This document shows, piece after piece, positions 38,429 to 46,882 of a stretch of 64,000 bases of DNA. Position 1 is the stretch's first letter. Every line of letters starts with the position of its first letter. The notes below the pieces were generated by a model. The model made no database searches. It had not been told where the DNA came from and worked only from the letters and a program-made list of their open reading frames with translations. Origin of the DNA: Clostridium sp. CAG:967 (GTDB taxonomy: Bacteria; Cyanobacteriota; Vampirovibrionia; Gastranaerophilales; Gastranaerophilaceae); the NCBI GenBank assembly GCA_000433095.1, contig HF991463.1, positions 17,022 to 81,021 on the forward strand, given 5' to 3'. The position numbers and the translations under genes were made by a program.

Positions 38429-39510
38429 CAGTTATATTACCTGTATATAATTCGCAAAAATTTATAGAACAATGTCTTAACAGTATTGTTAATCAGAGCT
38501 TAAAAGACATTGAAATTATATGCATAAATGATTTTTCTCAAGATAATTCCTGGGATATTGTCAAAAATTTTGCTCAAAATGACAGCAGATTTGTTTTGAT
38601 TGAAAACAGTGAAAATAAAAAACAGGGATATTGCAGAAATTTGGGTGTTGTTAAAGCAAAATCACCTTATATTCATTTTATTGATTCTGATGATTGGATT
38701 AATGATTTAGATTTTTATAAAAATGTGTATGAAGAAATTGTAAACAGTGATATTGATATATATGTTTTCAATTACTATGAATATCATAATGATATAAACA
38801 TCTTAGTTGAAGATGAAAAATGTAAACGTTTTCCGTTTTTATACGATAAATTTAAAATGGATACATCTTTAAAAGTTAAAGCATCAGAAATTATTCTTTC
38901 CGGTATGGCATGGGATAAAGTTTATAAAAAAGATTTTCTGATTAATAATAATATAGTTTTTGCAGAAGGTGTGTATTGGGAAGATATTTTATTTAATTTT
39001 CTCTTAAAAATCAGTTCTCCAAAAATAAGAATAACTGACAAGAAATATATTGTTTACAGATTAAATGCAGAAAATTCTACTACAACAAACATTTTAGGAA
39101 TTTGTAAAGATAGTATAAGGATGGCATATATTTCTAAAGAAATGTTGGAAAAGAACGGTTTAATTAAGAAATATAAAAAAGAATTTATAGAAAATTATCT
39201 TTGTACAATATATTTTGATATTTTAAGAAGAGTAAAAGAGAAATCTTATTTAAAATTTTTGTTGATGAAAACTGATATTAAAAAGTTTTTTAATTCACTT
39301 AATCTAACCTCAAATGATTTGGAAATGTTCAGGAATTATAATGAAGGATTATGTGATTTATTACAAGAGCTTATGAAAAGTAATTTGTATATAGACTTGT
39401 TTAAGTACATTATCAGACTTATTTTTTCAGTACGAAATACAGATAATAAGAAATTTAAGATAGTTACAATTTTAGGAATTAAGCTAAAATTCAGGAGGGG
39501 AAATGCCTAA
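38416..39510 (+). CDS. Family 2 glycosyltransferase with C-terminal shared module
   Basis: MPKITVILPVYNSQKFIEQCLNSIVNQSLKDIEIICINDFSQDNS...FIDSDDW; C-terminal FSVRNTDNKKFKIVTILGIKLKFRRG. Confidence 0.85.
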   Translation: MPKITVILPVYNSQKFIEQCLNSIVNQSLKDIEIICINDFSQDNSWDIVKNFAQNDSRFVLIENSENKKQGYCRNLGVVKAKSPYIHFIDSDDWINDLDFYKNVYEEIVNSDIDIYVFNYYEYHNDINILVEDEKCKRFPFLYDKFKMDTSLKVKASEIILSGMAWDKVYKKDFLINNNIVFAEGVYWEDILFNFLLKISSPKIRITDKKYIVYRLNAENSTTTNILGICKDSIRMAYISKEMLEKNGLIKKYKKEFIENYLCTIYFDILRRVKEKSYLKFLLMKTDIKKFFNSLNLTSNDLEMFRNYNEGLCDLLQELMKSNLYIDLFKYIIRLIFSVRNTDNKKFKIVTILGIKLKFRRGNA

Positions 39511-40564
39511 AATTTCTATAATAATACCTGTTTATAATGTTGAAAAATATTTGTCAATTTGTTTGGATAGTATATTAGCTCAGAGCTTCACTGATTTTGA
39601 AGTGATATGTATAAATGACGGATCTGACGATAAATCTTTGGAAATTCTAAATGAATATAAGAATAAGGATAGTCGTATAAGAGTTATCAGTCAGGAAAAT
39701 GCAGGAGTTTCCGCTGCAAGAAACAGAGGTTTGAATGTTGCCAATGGGGAATATATTTCGTTTGTAGACCCTGATGATTGGATAGAACCTGACTGTTATG
39801 AAATTGCTTATAATAAAGCTGTAAACACAAATGCCGATATGTTGTTTTTTGGAGCAAAATATGTAACCGATGAGATAGTAGAAGAAAAAAACTTAAAAAG
39901 TCTGTATATATGTTTAGAAGAAAATGATAATTTAAATGAAATGATACATATAACACACACAATATGGAATAAACTATTTAAAAATTCATTTTTGAAAAAA
40001 CATAATATAAAGTTTGCAGAAAATCTGAAAATTGCTGAAGATGGTGTATTTAATTATTTTTGTATATTGTCAAATCCTAACATAGTTTTTCTTCCTGTAT
40101 CTTTATATAACCACAGAATTTCTAGAGATAACTCGTTAACTACTCAGATTACACCCATTCATGATATTGAAGCATGCAAATATTTAATAAATACTGAAAT
40201 ATTTGCAAATGCAGCATATAAGTATAAAGTAATGGCATTACAAAAATTTATTATGAACATGTTATGGTGGGCAAAACAGCCCAGAGCACGCTGGAATATA
40301 TTCAAAAACAGAAAAGCCATAAATGAATTTAAAAATTATGTAATTGCTAATGTAGGAATAGATATTCTTATAGAATGTTTTAATTATCAAGAATTGAAAG
40401 ATTTTTGTAACCCAAATTATTTAGCAAAATTATTTTCGGTTAAAAACACTTATTTTGATGGACAAAAAATAAAAATTGTTAATATATTAGGCATAAAAAT
40501 TAAAATTGAAATAGGTAAGAAAAATAACAGCTTAAATAAGAAAGAAAGCTTGGAGGAAGTATGA
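39503..40564 (+). CDS. Family 2 glycosyltransferase with C-terminal shared module
   Basis: MPKISIIIPVYNVEKYLSICLDSILAQSF...INDGSDDKS...FVDPDDW; C-terminal FSVKNTYFDGQKIKIVNILGIKIKIEIG. Confidence 0.85.
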   Translation: MPKISIIIPVYNVEKYLSICLDSILAQSFTDFEVICINDGSDDKSLEILNEYKNKDSRIRVISQENAGVSAARNRGLNVANGEYISFVDPDDWIEPDCYEIAYNKAVNTNADMLFFGAKYVTDEIVEEKNLKSLYICLEENDNLNEMIHITHTIWNKLFKNSFLKKHNIKFAENLKIAEDGVFNYFCILSNPNIVFLPVSLYNHRISRDNSLTTQITPIHDIEACKYLINTEIFANAAYKYKVMALQKFIMNMLWWAKQPRARWNIFKNRKAINEFKNYVIANVGIDILIECFNYQELKDFCNPNYLAKLFSVKNTYFDGQKIKIVNILGIKIKIEIGKKNNSLNKKESLEEV

Positions 40565-42921
40565 GTAAAATCTCTATAGTAGTACCTGTATATAATGTAG
40601 AAAATTATCTTTCAAGATGTTTAAACAGTTTGTTAAATCAAACCTTAAAAGATATTGATATAATATGTGTAAATGATGGTTCAACTGACAGCTCAGTAGA
40701 AATTCTTAAAGATTTTGCCAATAAAGACAGCAGAATTAAAATTATAAACAAAGAAAACGGCGGATTGTCATCTGCACGAAACTATGGCATGAAATATGTA
40801 ACAACCGATTATGTAGGTTTTGTAGATTCCGATGATTGGGTAGAGCCTGATACTTATGAACTTGCATTGGCAGCAATGGAAAAGAATAATGTTGATTTTG
40901 TTTCCTGGGGTGCAAAAATCGTTGTGGAAAATATCGATGAAGATAATATTGGTGTGGTTTTAGCAAAAGATTATCATAATATTAAAAATGTAGGTTATAA
41001 AGAAATTAATGATTCGATTCTATGCAGGACAACCGTTACTGTTTGGAATAAATTATTTAAGACTGAAATTATTAAAGATAATAATCTTACTTTTCCAAAC
41101 GGTTTAATTTATGAAGATAATGAATTTTTCTTAAAATATGCAATTTATTGTAAAAGTGCATATTATATCGACAAATATTTATATAATTATTTACAACGTT
41201 CTAATTCTATTATAGGAAATATGTGTACTAAAAAGTCTAATAAGGCTTTAGATTATATAAAAATTTATGAAAATATTTATAAATATTATGAGAGTTTCAA
41301 TTTATTAGATAAGCATAAAGATTTAATTTCAAATAAATTTAACAGTATAATGTGGAATGCTTATAGCCATTGTCAAGATAAAAAGCTTGTGAAAAAGAAA
41401 TTAAGAGAGCTTGCTAAAAGTTTGGATAATGATATTTTGCAAAATGAAAATATTCATTTAATCAAAAAAAATAAATTCCATAAAATAAATAATTTGAATG
41501 TGTCAAAAATAGATTTTGGCAATAGATTGTTGGGTTTTGAGGAAAAACGTGATAAAATCATTTTCAAACTTTTGGGAATAAAAATTTCATTAAAAAAACA
41601 AATGATTTTTTCTAAGAAAAAAGAAAACAATAAAAAGATATTCAGGATATTAGGAATAAAATTTACGTTCAAAGATAAAAAAGCTGTATTAGATAACAGA
41701 TTTAATGATTTGTACTATAAATTAAATCAACAAAAAATTGCATTTGATAAAGATATTGAAAATAATTTGGAGTTAACAAAATACTTCATGGAAGATAAAC
41801 TTTTGTCAGATGCTAAGAATAATCAATTTAAAGGCAGATATCCTGATTTTGACAATAAAATCAAAGAATATGTAAAAGATTTTGATAAATTCTATTTCTA
41901 TCCGAATGTCGGTAATATGGGCGACGGTATTATTGCCGAAGCAGAATATCAAATTTTAAATAACGGTAAATATAATTACAGCATTGTTGATAATTACTCC
42001 GGGCAATCTTTTGCACCGTGTGAAGATTATAATCTTGTATACGGCGGAGGCGGACTTTTCGTAAAATATTGGAATTATCAAAAAGTCTTAGATATTTTTA
42101 GAGATAAAAATCTCAAAAAATGTGTTGTACTGCCATCAAGTTTTTTTGAATGTGATGATGTTCTTGAATGCTTTGATGAAAGATTTACGGTATTTTGCCG
42201 TGAAGAATTCAGCTATAAATACTGTATCTCTAAAAATAACAGAGCAAAATTTATTCAGGCAGATGATATGGCATTTTCTTTAAACCTTGATTTGCAGGAA
42301 AAATACGATGTTCAAAAAATTAAAGAGAATATTCAATATTTAAGCAATAAGGATTTATCGGTTCTTGTTAATATAATTTATCCTAAAATAAAAAAGTTAT
42401 ACCAAAACGTGCAGTGTGCATTGAATGAAAAAACTGTAATAAATTCAAATAAAGTCAGAATAGGATATTTATTACGCACTGATGCAGAAAAGAAGTCAGA
42501 AAAAACAGCTTTTCCAAGTATGGATTTATCAATTTTTGCGAACAGCCCTTGCACTGATACCGGAGTTGTAGGTCTTATTTCAAGAGTATTTATTGAAACT
42601 TTAAATTCATTTGATATTATTATAACAGACAGATTACATATAGGTTTGGTTTCTTCCCTTTTGGGAAAAGAAGTTTATCTTTTAGATAATTCTTACAAAA
42701 AAGTTTCCGGAATTTATGAGTATTCAATGCAATCATACAAAAATACACATATAATATCATCAGTTAATGATATAAGTATAGATAACCTGAAAACAAAAAC
42801 TTCCAAAGCAGATCTGAATATTTTAAATAATACATTTAATATCGAAAAGTTTTTCAACTTATATCTCAGCAAACTTAAATATGAAAAAACAATTAAAAAT
42901 ACAATATGGAGTGTAAAATAA
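40561..42921 (+). CDS. Fusion: family 2 glycosyltransferase (N) + two tandem shared modules + polysaccharide pyruvyl transferase-like domain (C)
   Basis: N-terminal MSKISIVVPVYNVENYLSRCLNSLLNQT...VNDGSTDSS...FVDSDDW; linker IIFKLLGIKISLKKQ and KIFRILGIKFTFKDKK; C-terminal FYFYPNVGNMGDGIIAEAEYQ...VYGGGGLF (PS_pyruv_trans PNxGNxGD + GGG motifs). Confidence 0.7.
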   Translation: MSKISIVVPVYNVENYLSRCLNSLLNQTLKDIDIICVNDGSTDSSVEILKDFANKDSRIKIINKENGGLSSARNYGMKYVTTDYVGFVDSDDWVEPDTYELALAAMEKNNVDFVSWGAKIVVENIDEDNIGVVLAKDYHNIKNVGYKEINDSILCRTTVTVWNKLFKTEIIKDNNLTFPNGLIYEDNEFFLKYAIYCKSAYYIDKYLYNYLQRSNSIIGNMCTKKSNKALDYIKIYENIYKYYESFNLLDKHKDLISNKFNSIMWNAYSHCQDKKLVKKKLRELAKSLDNDILQNENIHLIKKNKFHKINNLNVSKIDFGNRLLGFEEKRDKIIFKLLGIKISLKKQMIFSKKKENNKKIFRILGIKFTFKDKKAVLDNRFNDLYYKLNQQKIAFDKDIENNLELTKYFMEDKLLSDAKNNQFKGRYPDFDNKIKEYVKDFDKFYFYPNVGNMGDGIIAEAEYQILNNGKYNYSIVDNYSGQSFAPCEDYNLVYGGGGLFVKYWNYQKVLDIFRDKNLKKCVVLPSSFFECDDVLECFDERFTVFCREEFSYKYCISKNNRAKFIQADDMAFSLNLDLQEKYDVQKIKENIQYLSNKDLSVLVNIIYPKIKKLYQNVQCALNEKTVINSNKVRIGYLLRTDAEKKSEKTAFPSMDLSIFANSPCTDTGVVGLISRVFIETLNSFDIIITDRLHIGLVSSLLGKEVYLLDNSYKKVSGIYEYSMQSYKNTHIISSVNDISIDNLKTKTSKADLNILNNTFNIEKFFNLYLSKLKYEKTIKNTIWSVK

Positions 42922-45059
42922 TGGAAAAAGATAAAATTAAACGATTTATAGATTGTTATGTGCCTGTAACTACTTGCAATTTAAGATGTCATTATTGCTA
43001 TATTACACAGCAGAGAAAGTTCGATGCTTGTTTGCCCGAGTTCAAATATTCTGCTGACCATATTGCAAAAGCTTTGTCTAAAGAAAGACTTGGAGGTGTT
43101 TGCTGTATAAACTTTTGTGGCGGAGGAGAAACTTTATTGCCTCCTGAAATGATTAGCATTATTAGAAAGTTATTGGAAGAAGGTCATTATATAATGGTCG
43201 TTACTAATGGTACTGTTTCCAAAAGATTTGACGAAATTGCCCAAATGCCTAAGGAACTCTTAGAAAGACTTTTCTTCAAATTTTCTTTCCATTATTTAGA
43301 ACTTAAAAGAATTAATATGATGGATAAATTCTTTGATAATATTAGAAAAGTAAGAGATGCAGGTGCTTCTTTCACTCTTGAAATTACTCCGAGTGATGAG
43401 TTAATTCCATATATTGATGAAGTCAAAGAGGTTGCTTTAAAAAATGTTAAAGCCCTTCCTCATATTACGGTTGCACGTGATAATACACAATACGAACTGC
43501 CGATTTTAACATCTCATTCAAAAGCAGAGTATAAAAATATCTGGGGACAATTTAAATCAGGATTGTTCAATTATAAATATTCAGTATTTAACAAAAAACG
43601 AAAAGAATTTTGTTATGCAGGTGATTGGACTTTCTATCTGAATATAGGTACAGGAGAAATGAAACAATGCTATAAAGGTGATATTCTCCAAAATATTTAT
43701 GAAAATGTAGATGAACCTATCCGCTTTAGAGTTGTAGGCAACAACTGCAGGGAATCTCATTGTTACAATGCCCACGCATTTTTAACTTTCGGTGCAATTC
43801 CGGAACTTAAATCTCCTACTTATACTGAAATGAGAGATAGGGAATGTACTGACGGAACCCACTGGTGCGGAGAAAAAGTCAGAGATTTCTTCTCGCAAAA
43901 ATTAGTTAACAGTAACAAGACATTAAGTTTGAAACAGAAAAGAAAAATTAACAAAATGTACAGAAAAAATAAATCTGTTAAATTATTGGAACAAGTATTT
44001 TCAGTTAAAAATGATTGTCCTAATAATAATGAAAAATCTCATAAAATTGTTACTGTTATGGGAGCACGAATAAAATTTAAAGTAAAGAATAAAAAATTCT
44101 TGCAAAATCAAATTTGTTCTTTAAAACAGGAGATTAATACATTAAAAGAAAACCAAAAAAACATAAGATTATATCTTGAGCTTGAAAGACTTGACAGACA
44201 AATAAAAGAAATGGCTCCTAAGGACCAGATGATATTTGTTTGTATCAACGGTATAGGCGATACTATGTTGTATGCTTCTTACTGGAAAGAACTTGAAGCC
44301 AAATACGGTACAAAAATATTCTGGGTGGTTGTTAAATCTCATGAAGTAATCATGAAAATGTACGGTATTACAAATTATATGGTTCTTGAAACTATGAGCG
44401 TTCAAAAACAAGGGACATTCTCAGAAGCAATCAATATGACAACCAAACCAGTCAAGGGTATTCCTTTCTACGCTCACTGGACATATAACAAAACTACACG
44501 TGTTAAAGAAGATTATTTCTTGGATTTTGTAAGAAATTCAATGGATTTAAAAGGCTTACCTTTAAACCACCCTGTTTGGTATCCTGAAATAAATGATGAT
44601 TTAAAAGCTAAAATTGCTTGTATAAAAGATTTAAACAAAACTGTATTAATTTCACCTGATGCAAGATGGTTACCGCTTAATGATGTAAATTTGTGGAATT
44701 CGTTAATAAAAGAACTCAAGGCAGAAGGTTTCGAAATTATAGTTAACGACTTTTTACATAAGTTAAAATTAAACGGAGCCGTCTGCTGTTCTGATTTTAC
44801 AACAGAAGAACTTGTAGCTTTATCACACAATTGTTATGCGACAGTTTCTCCAAGAAGCGGATTTACTGATATAATGCATGAACTCGGTGAAAAACTGTTT
44901 GTTATTTATTCAAATTGTGATTGGAAAAAATTGTTTACTTTAAACAGAATTTGTTCTACATCTGATGTAAATGAATATGTTAATACTCCTGATTTCAATG
45001 TAAAACAAGTCGTAAAAGATATTAAAAAAATATCTTGTAAAGAGGCAGCTAAAGTATGA
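42906..45059 (+). CDS. Fusion: radical SAM domain (N) + shared module + coiled coil + GT9 (heptosyltransferase)-like domain (C)
   Basis: CNLRCHYC (CX3CX2C) and GGGETLL (GGE SAM motif); mid FSVKNDCPNNNEKSHKIVTVMGARIKFKV; C-terminal MIFVCINGIGDTMLYASYW ... VLISPDARWLPLNDVNLWNSLIKELKAEGFEIIVN resembles the GT9 fold. Confidence 0.6.
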   Translation: MECKIMEKDKIKRFIDCYVPVTTCNLRCHYCYITQQRKFDACLPEFKYSADHIAKALSKERLGGVCCINFCGGGETLLPPEMISIIRKLLEEGHYIMVVTNGTVSKRFDEIAQMPKELLERLFFKFSFHYLELKRINMMDKFFDNIRKVRDAGASFTLEITPSDELIPYIDEVKEVALKNVKALPHITVARDNTQYELPILTSHSKAEYKNIWGQFKSGLFNYKYSVFNKKRKEFCYAGDWTFYLNIGTGEMKQCYKGDILQNIYENVDEPIRFRVVGNNCRESHCYNAHAFLTFGAIPELKSPTYTEMRDRECTDGTHWCGEKVRDFFSQKLVNSNKTLSLKQKRKINKMYRKNKSVKLLEQVFSVKNDCPNNNEKSHKIVTVMGARIKFKVKNKKFLQNQICSLKQEINTLKENQKNIRLYLELERLDRQIKEMAPKDQMIFVCINGIGDTMLYASYWKELEAKYGTKIFWVVVKSHEVIMKMYGITNYMVLETMSVQKQGTFSEAINMTTKPVKGIPFYAHWTYNKTTRVKEDYFLDFVRNSMDLKGLPLNHPVWYPEINDDLKAKIACIKDLNKTVLISPDARWLPLNDVNLWNSLIKELKAEGFEIIVNDFLHKLKLNGAVCCSDFTTEELVALSHNCYATVSPRSGFTDIMHELGEKLFVIYSNCDWKKLFTLNRICSTSDVNEYVNTPDFNVKQVVKDIKKISCKEAAKV

Positions 45060-45649
45060 TTTTAACTTATCATAAAGTTTCATTTATCAAAAATGATAAA
45101 ATTACCGTTAATGTTTGGAATTTTATCATGCAGATGTATGCAATAAGAAAAAAAATTGTTGTATATCTCGACGATTATGACTTGAATGATAATAATCAGG
45201 TTGTTTTAAGGTTTGACGACGGTTACAAAAGTGTATTAAAATATGCTGTACCTGTTCTTAAATTCTTTGGTTATCCTTTTGAAGTTTTTATTGTTGAAGA
45301 TTTCTTTAACAGAGGAGAAAAAGGTGATAAAAATTTTTTAAATAAAAAAGATTTGGAGAAGATAATAAAATCAGGAGGTCGACTTCAATATCATACAAAA
45401 TCCCATCCGGATTTAAGTATCATTGAAGATGAAGAAATCTTAAAAACAGAATTGATTTGTCCTGAATATATTAAGCAACTGGATAAAAACGGCTTTAAAT
45501 TCTTGGCATATCCTTTTTGGAAATATAATTCCAAATCAATTGAATATGTTCAAAAATTATATAATGGAGCTTGTTCGGGTAACGGCTTTGCTGAAAATAA
45601 TAAATATTCTATGGATGGAATAAGGGTAGAGGCAAATACTAAAATATAA
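45056..45649 (+). CDS. Polysaccharide deacetylase (CE4 / NodB-homology) family protein
   Basis: 197 aa; VLRFDDGYKS (NodB motif 1 DDG), HTKSHPDL (His-His metal motif). Confidence 0.65.
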   Translation: MILTYHKVSFIKNDKITVNVWNFIMQMYAIRKKIVVYLDDYDLNDNNQVVLRFDDGYKSVLKYAVPVLKFFGYPFEVFIVEDFFNRGEKGDKNFLNKKDLEKIIKSGGRLQYHTKSHPDLSIIEDEEILKTELICPEYIKQLDKNGFKFLAYPFWKYNSKSIEYVQKLYNGACSGNGFAENNKYSMDGIRVEANTKI

Positions 45650-45659
45650 AGGAGAAATT

Positions 45660-46865
45660 ATGTCTAAATTGTTGGAAAATATATTATCTGTGAAAAATCA
45701 TGGAGATCATAAAACTTTTACTTTAATGGGAGTAAAGTTTAGATTTAGAAATGAAAAAGTTATACAAAAAAGAATTCTTTCAGGTTTATATGAAACCAGA
45801 GATAATATTGCTAAACTAAGCAGCAAGGTTGTATGCGTTAATAATGAAGAAAGAAAGAAATGGGTAATCGAAAATATTGGCAACAAAGACTTTTATGAAC
45901 AAGAATTGCTTATATACAATACTTTTGAACAGATGAAAGCAAGAAAACTTTATCCTGTTTTCAGAGATAGAATTTCAAGAGGTAAAATGATTTTGTCTAT
46001 GAAAGTTTTTCAAGAGCGTTATCCTGAATATAACGGGTTCTTATTTACAGATGTCCAGGGATTAGAAAATGATTTTAAGGTTTATAACAAAGATGATATT
46101 AAGAGTATGAACCCGGATACTGATATGGCAATTCTTGCATATAATCAGGATTATGTTGCTCTGGATTTAATCGACGAGCTTAATAAATATAATATAAAAT
46201 ATTATGCGGCTATACAGTCCTTTCCTCATGCAAGATATTTTCATACGGATGAAAATGCCTTAAAAGTTTTAGATGAAGAATCAATGTCTGACAGCTGGCA
46301 TTTCTGTCCGGTAGATTTTGAAAATATATTTCAGGCTATTAAGGCAAGCAATACACTCGAAGGTGATTACGTTGAAATAGGTACTTTTAAAGGAGATTCA
46401 GCTTCTGCTGCCTTAAATTATATGAAGAAAACAGGTATAAATAAAAGAGCATATTTTATTGATACATACGAAGGTTTTAATTATGAACAAGCTTTTAAAT
46501 CCAATGATACTTTTTGGAAAAAGGGGCATACAAATACTTCTTATGACAATGTTAAAGAAAGACTGTCAAAATATGATAATGCAAATGTCGTTAAAGGTAA
46601 TATAATTTCTGATGAGTTGCCGGCTGAGATTGAGAAAATTTGTGTTGCAAATATTGATGTTGACCTGTATGAAGCAGTAAAAGCAGCATTATATAAGGTT
46701 AAAGATAAAGTAGTGAAAAATGGTATAATTATTGCTGAAGACTACGGGCACACTCCGACTTTAATCGGCGGACAAAAAGCGGTAGATGAATTTATTGAAG
46801 AAAATAAAAACGATTTCATTCCTCTTTATATGAACAGCGGACAAATGTTTTTAATTAAAAAATAA
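45660..46865 (+). CDS. TylF/MycF-family class I SAM-dependent O-methyltransferase with N-terminal shared module
   Basis: N-terminal ILSVKNHGDHKTFTLMGVKFRFRN; C-terminal GDYVEIGTFKGDSA (SAM GxG) and NIDVDLYEAVKAAL (TylF-family hID.DLYEsT motif). Confidence 0.7.
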   Translation: MSKLLENILSVKNHGDHKTFTLMGVKFRFRNEKVIQKRILSGLYETRDNIAKLSSKVVCVNNEERKKWVIENIGNKDFYEQELLIYNTFEQMKARKLYPVFRDRISRGKMILSMKVFQERYPEYNGFLFTDVQGLENDFKVYNKDDIKSMNPDTDMAILAYNQDYVALDLIDELNKYNIKYYAAIQSFPHARYFHTDENALKVLDEESMSDSWHFCPVDFENIFQAIKASNTLEGDYVEIGTFKGDSASAALNYMKKTGINKRAYFIDTYEGFNYEQAFKSNDTFWKKGHTNTSYDNVKERLSKYDNANVVKGNIISDELPAEIEKICVANIDVDLYEAVKAALYKVKDKVVKNGIIIAEDYGHTPTLIGGQKAVDEFIEENKNDFIPLYMNSGQMFLIKK

Positions 46866-46882
46866 TAGGAAATTTATAACAA

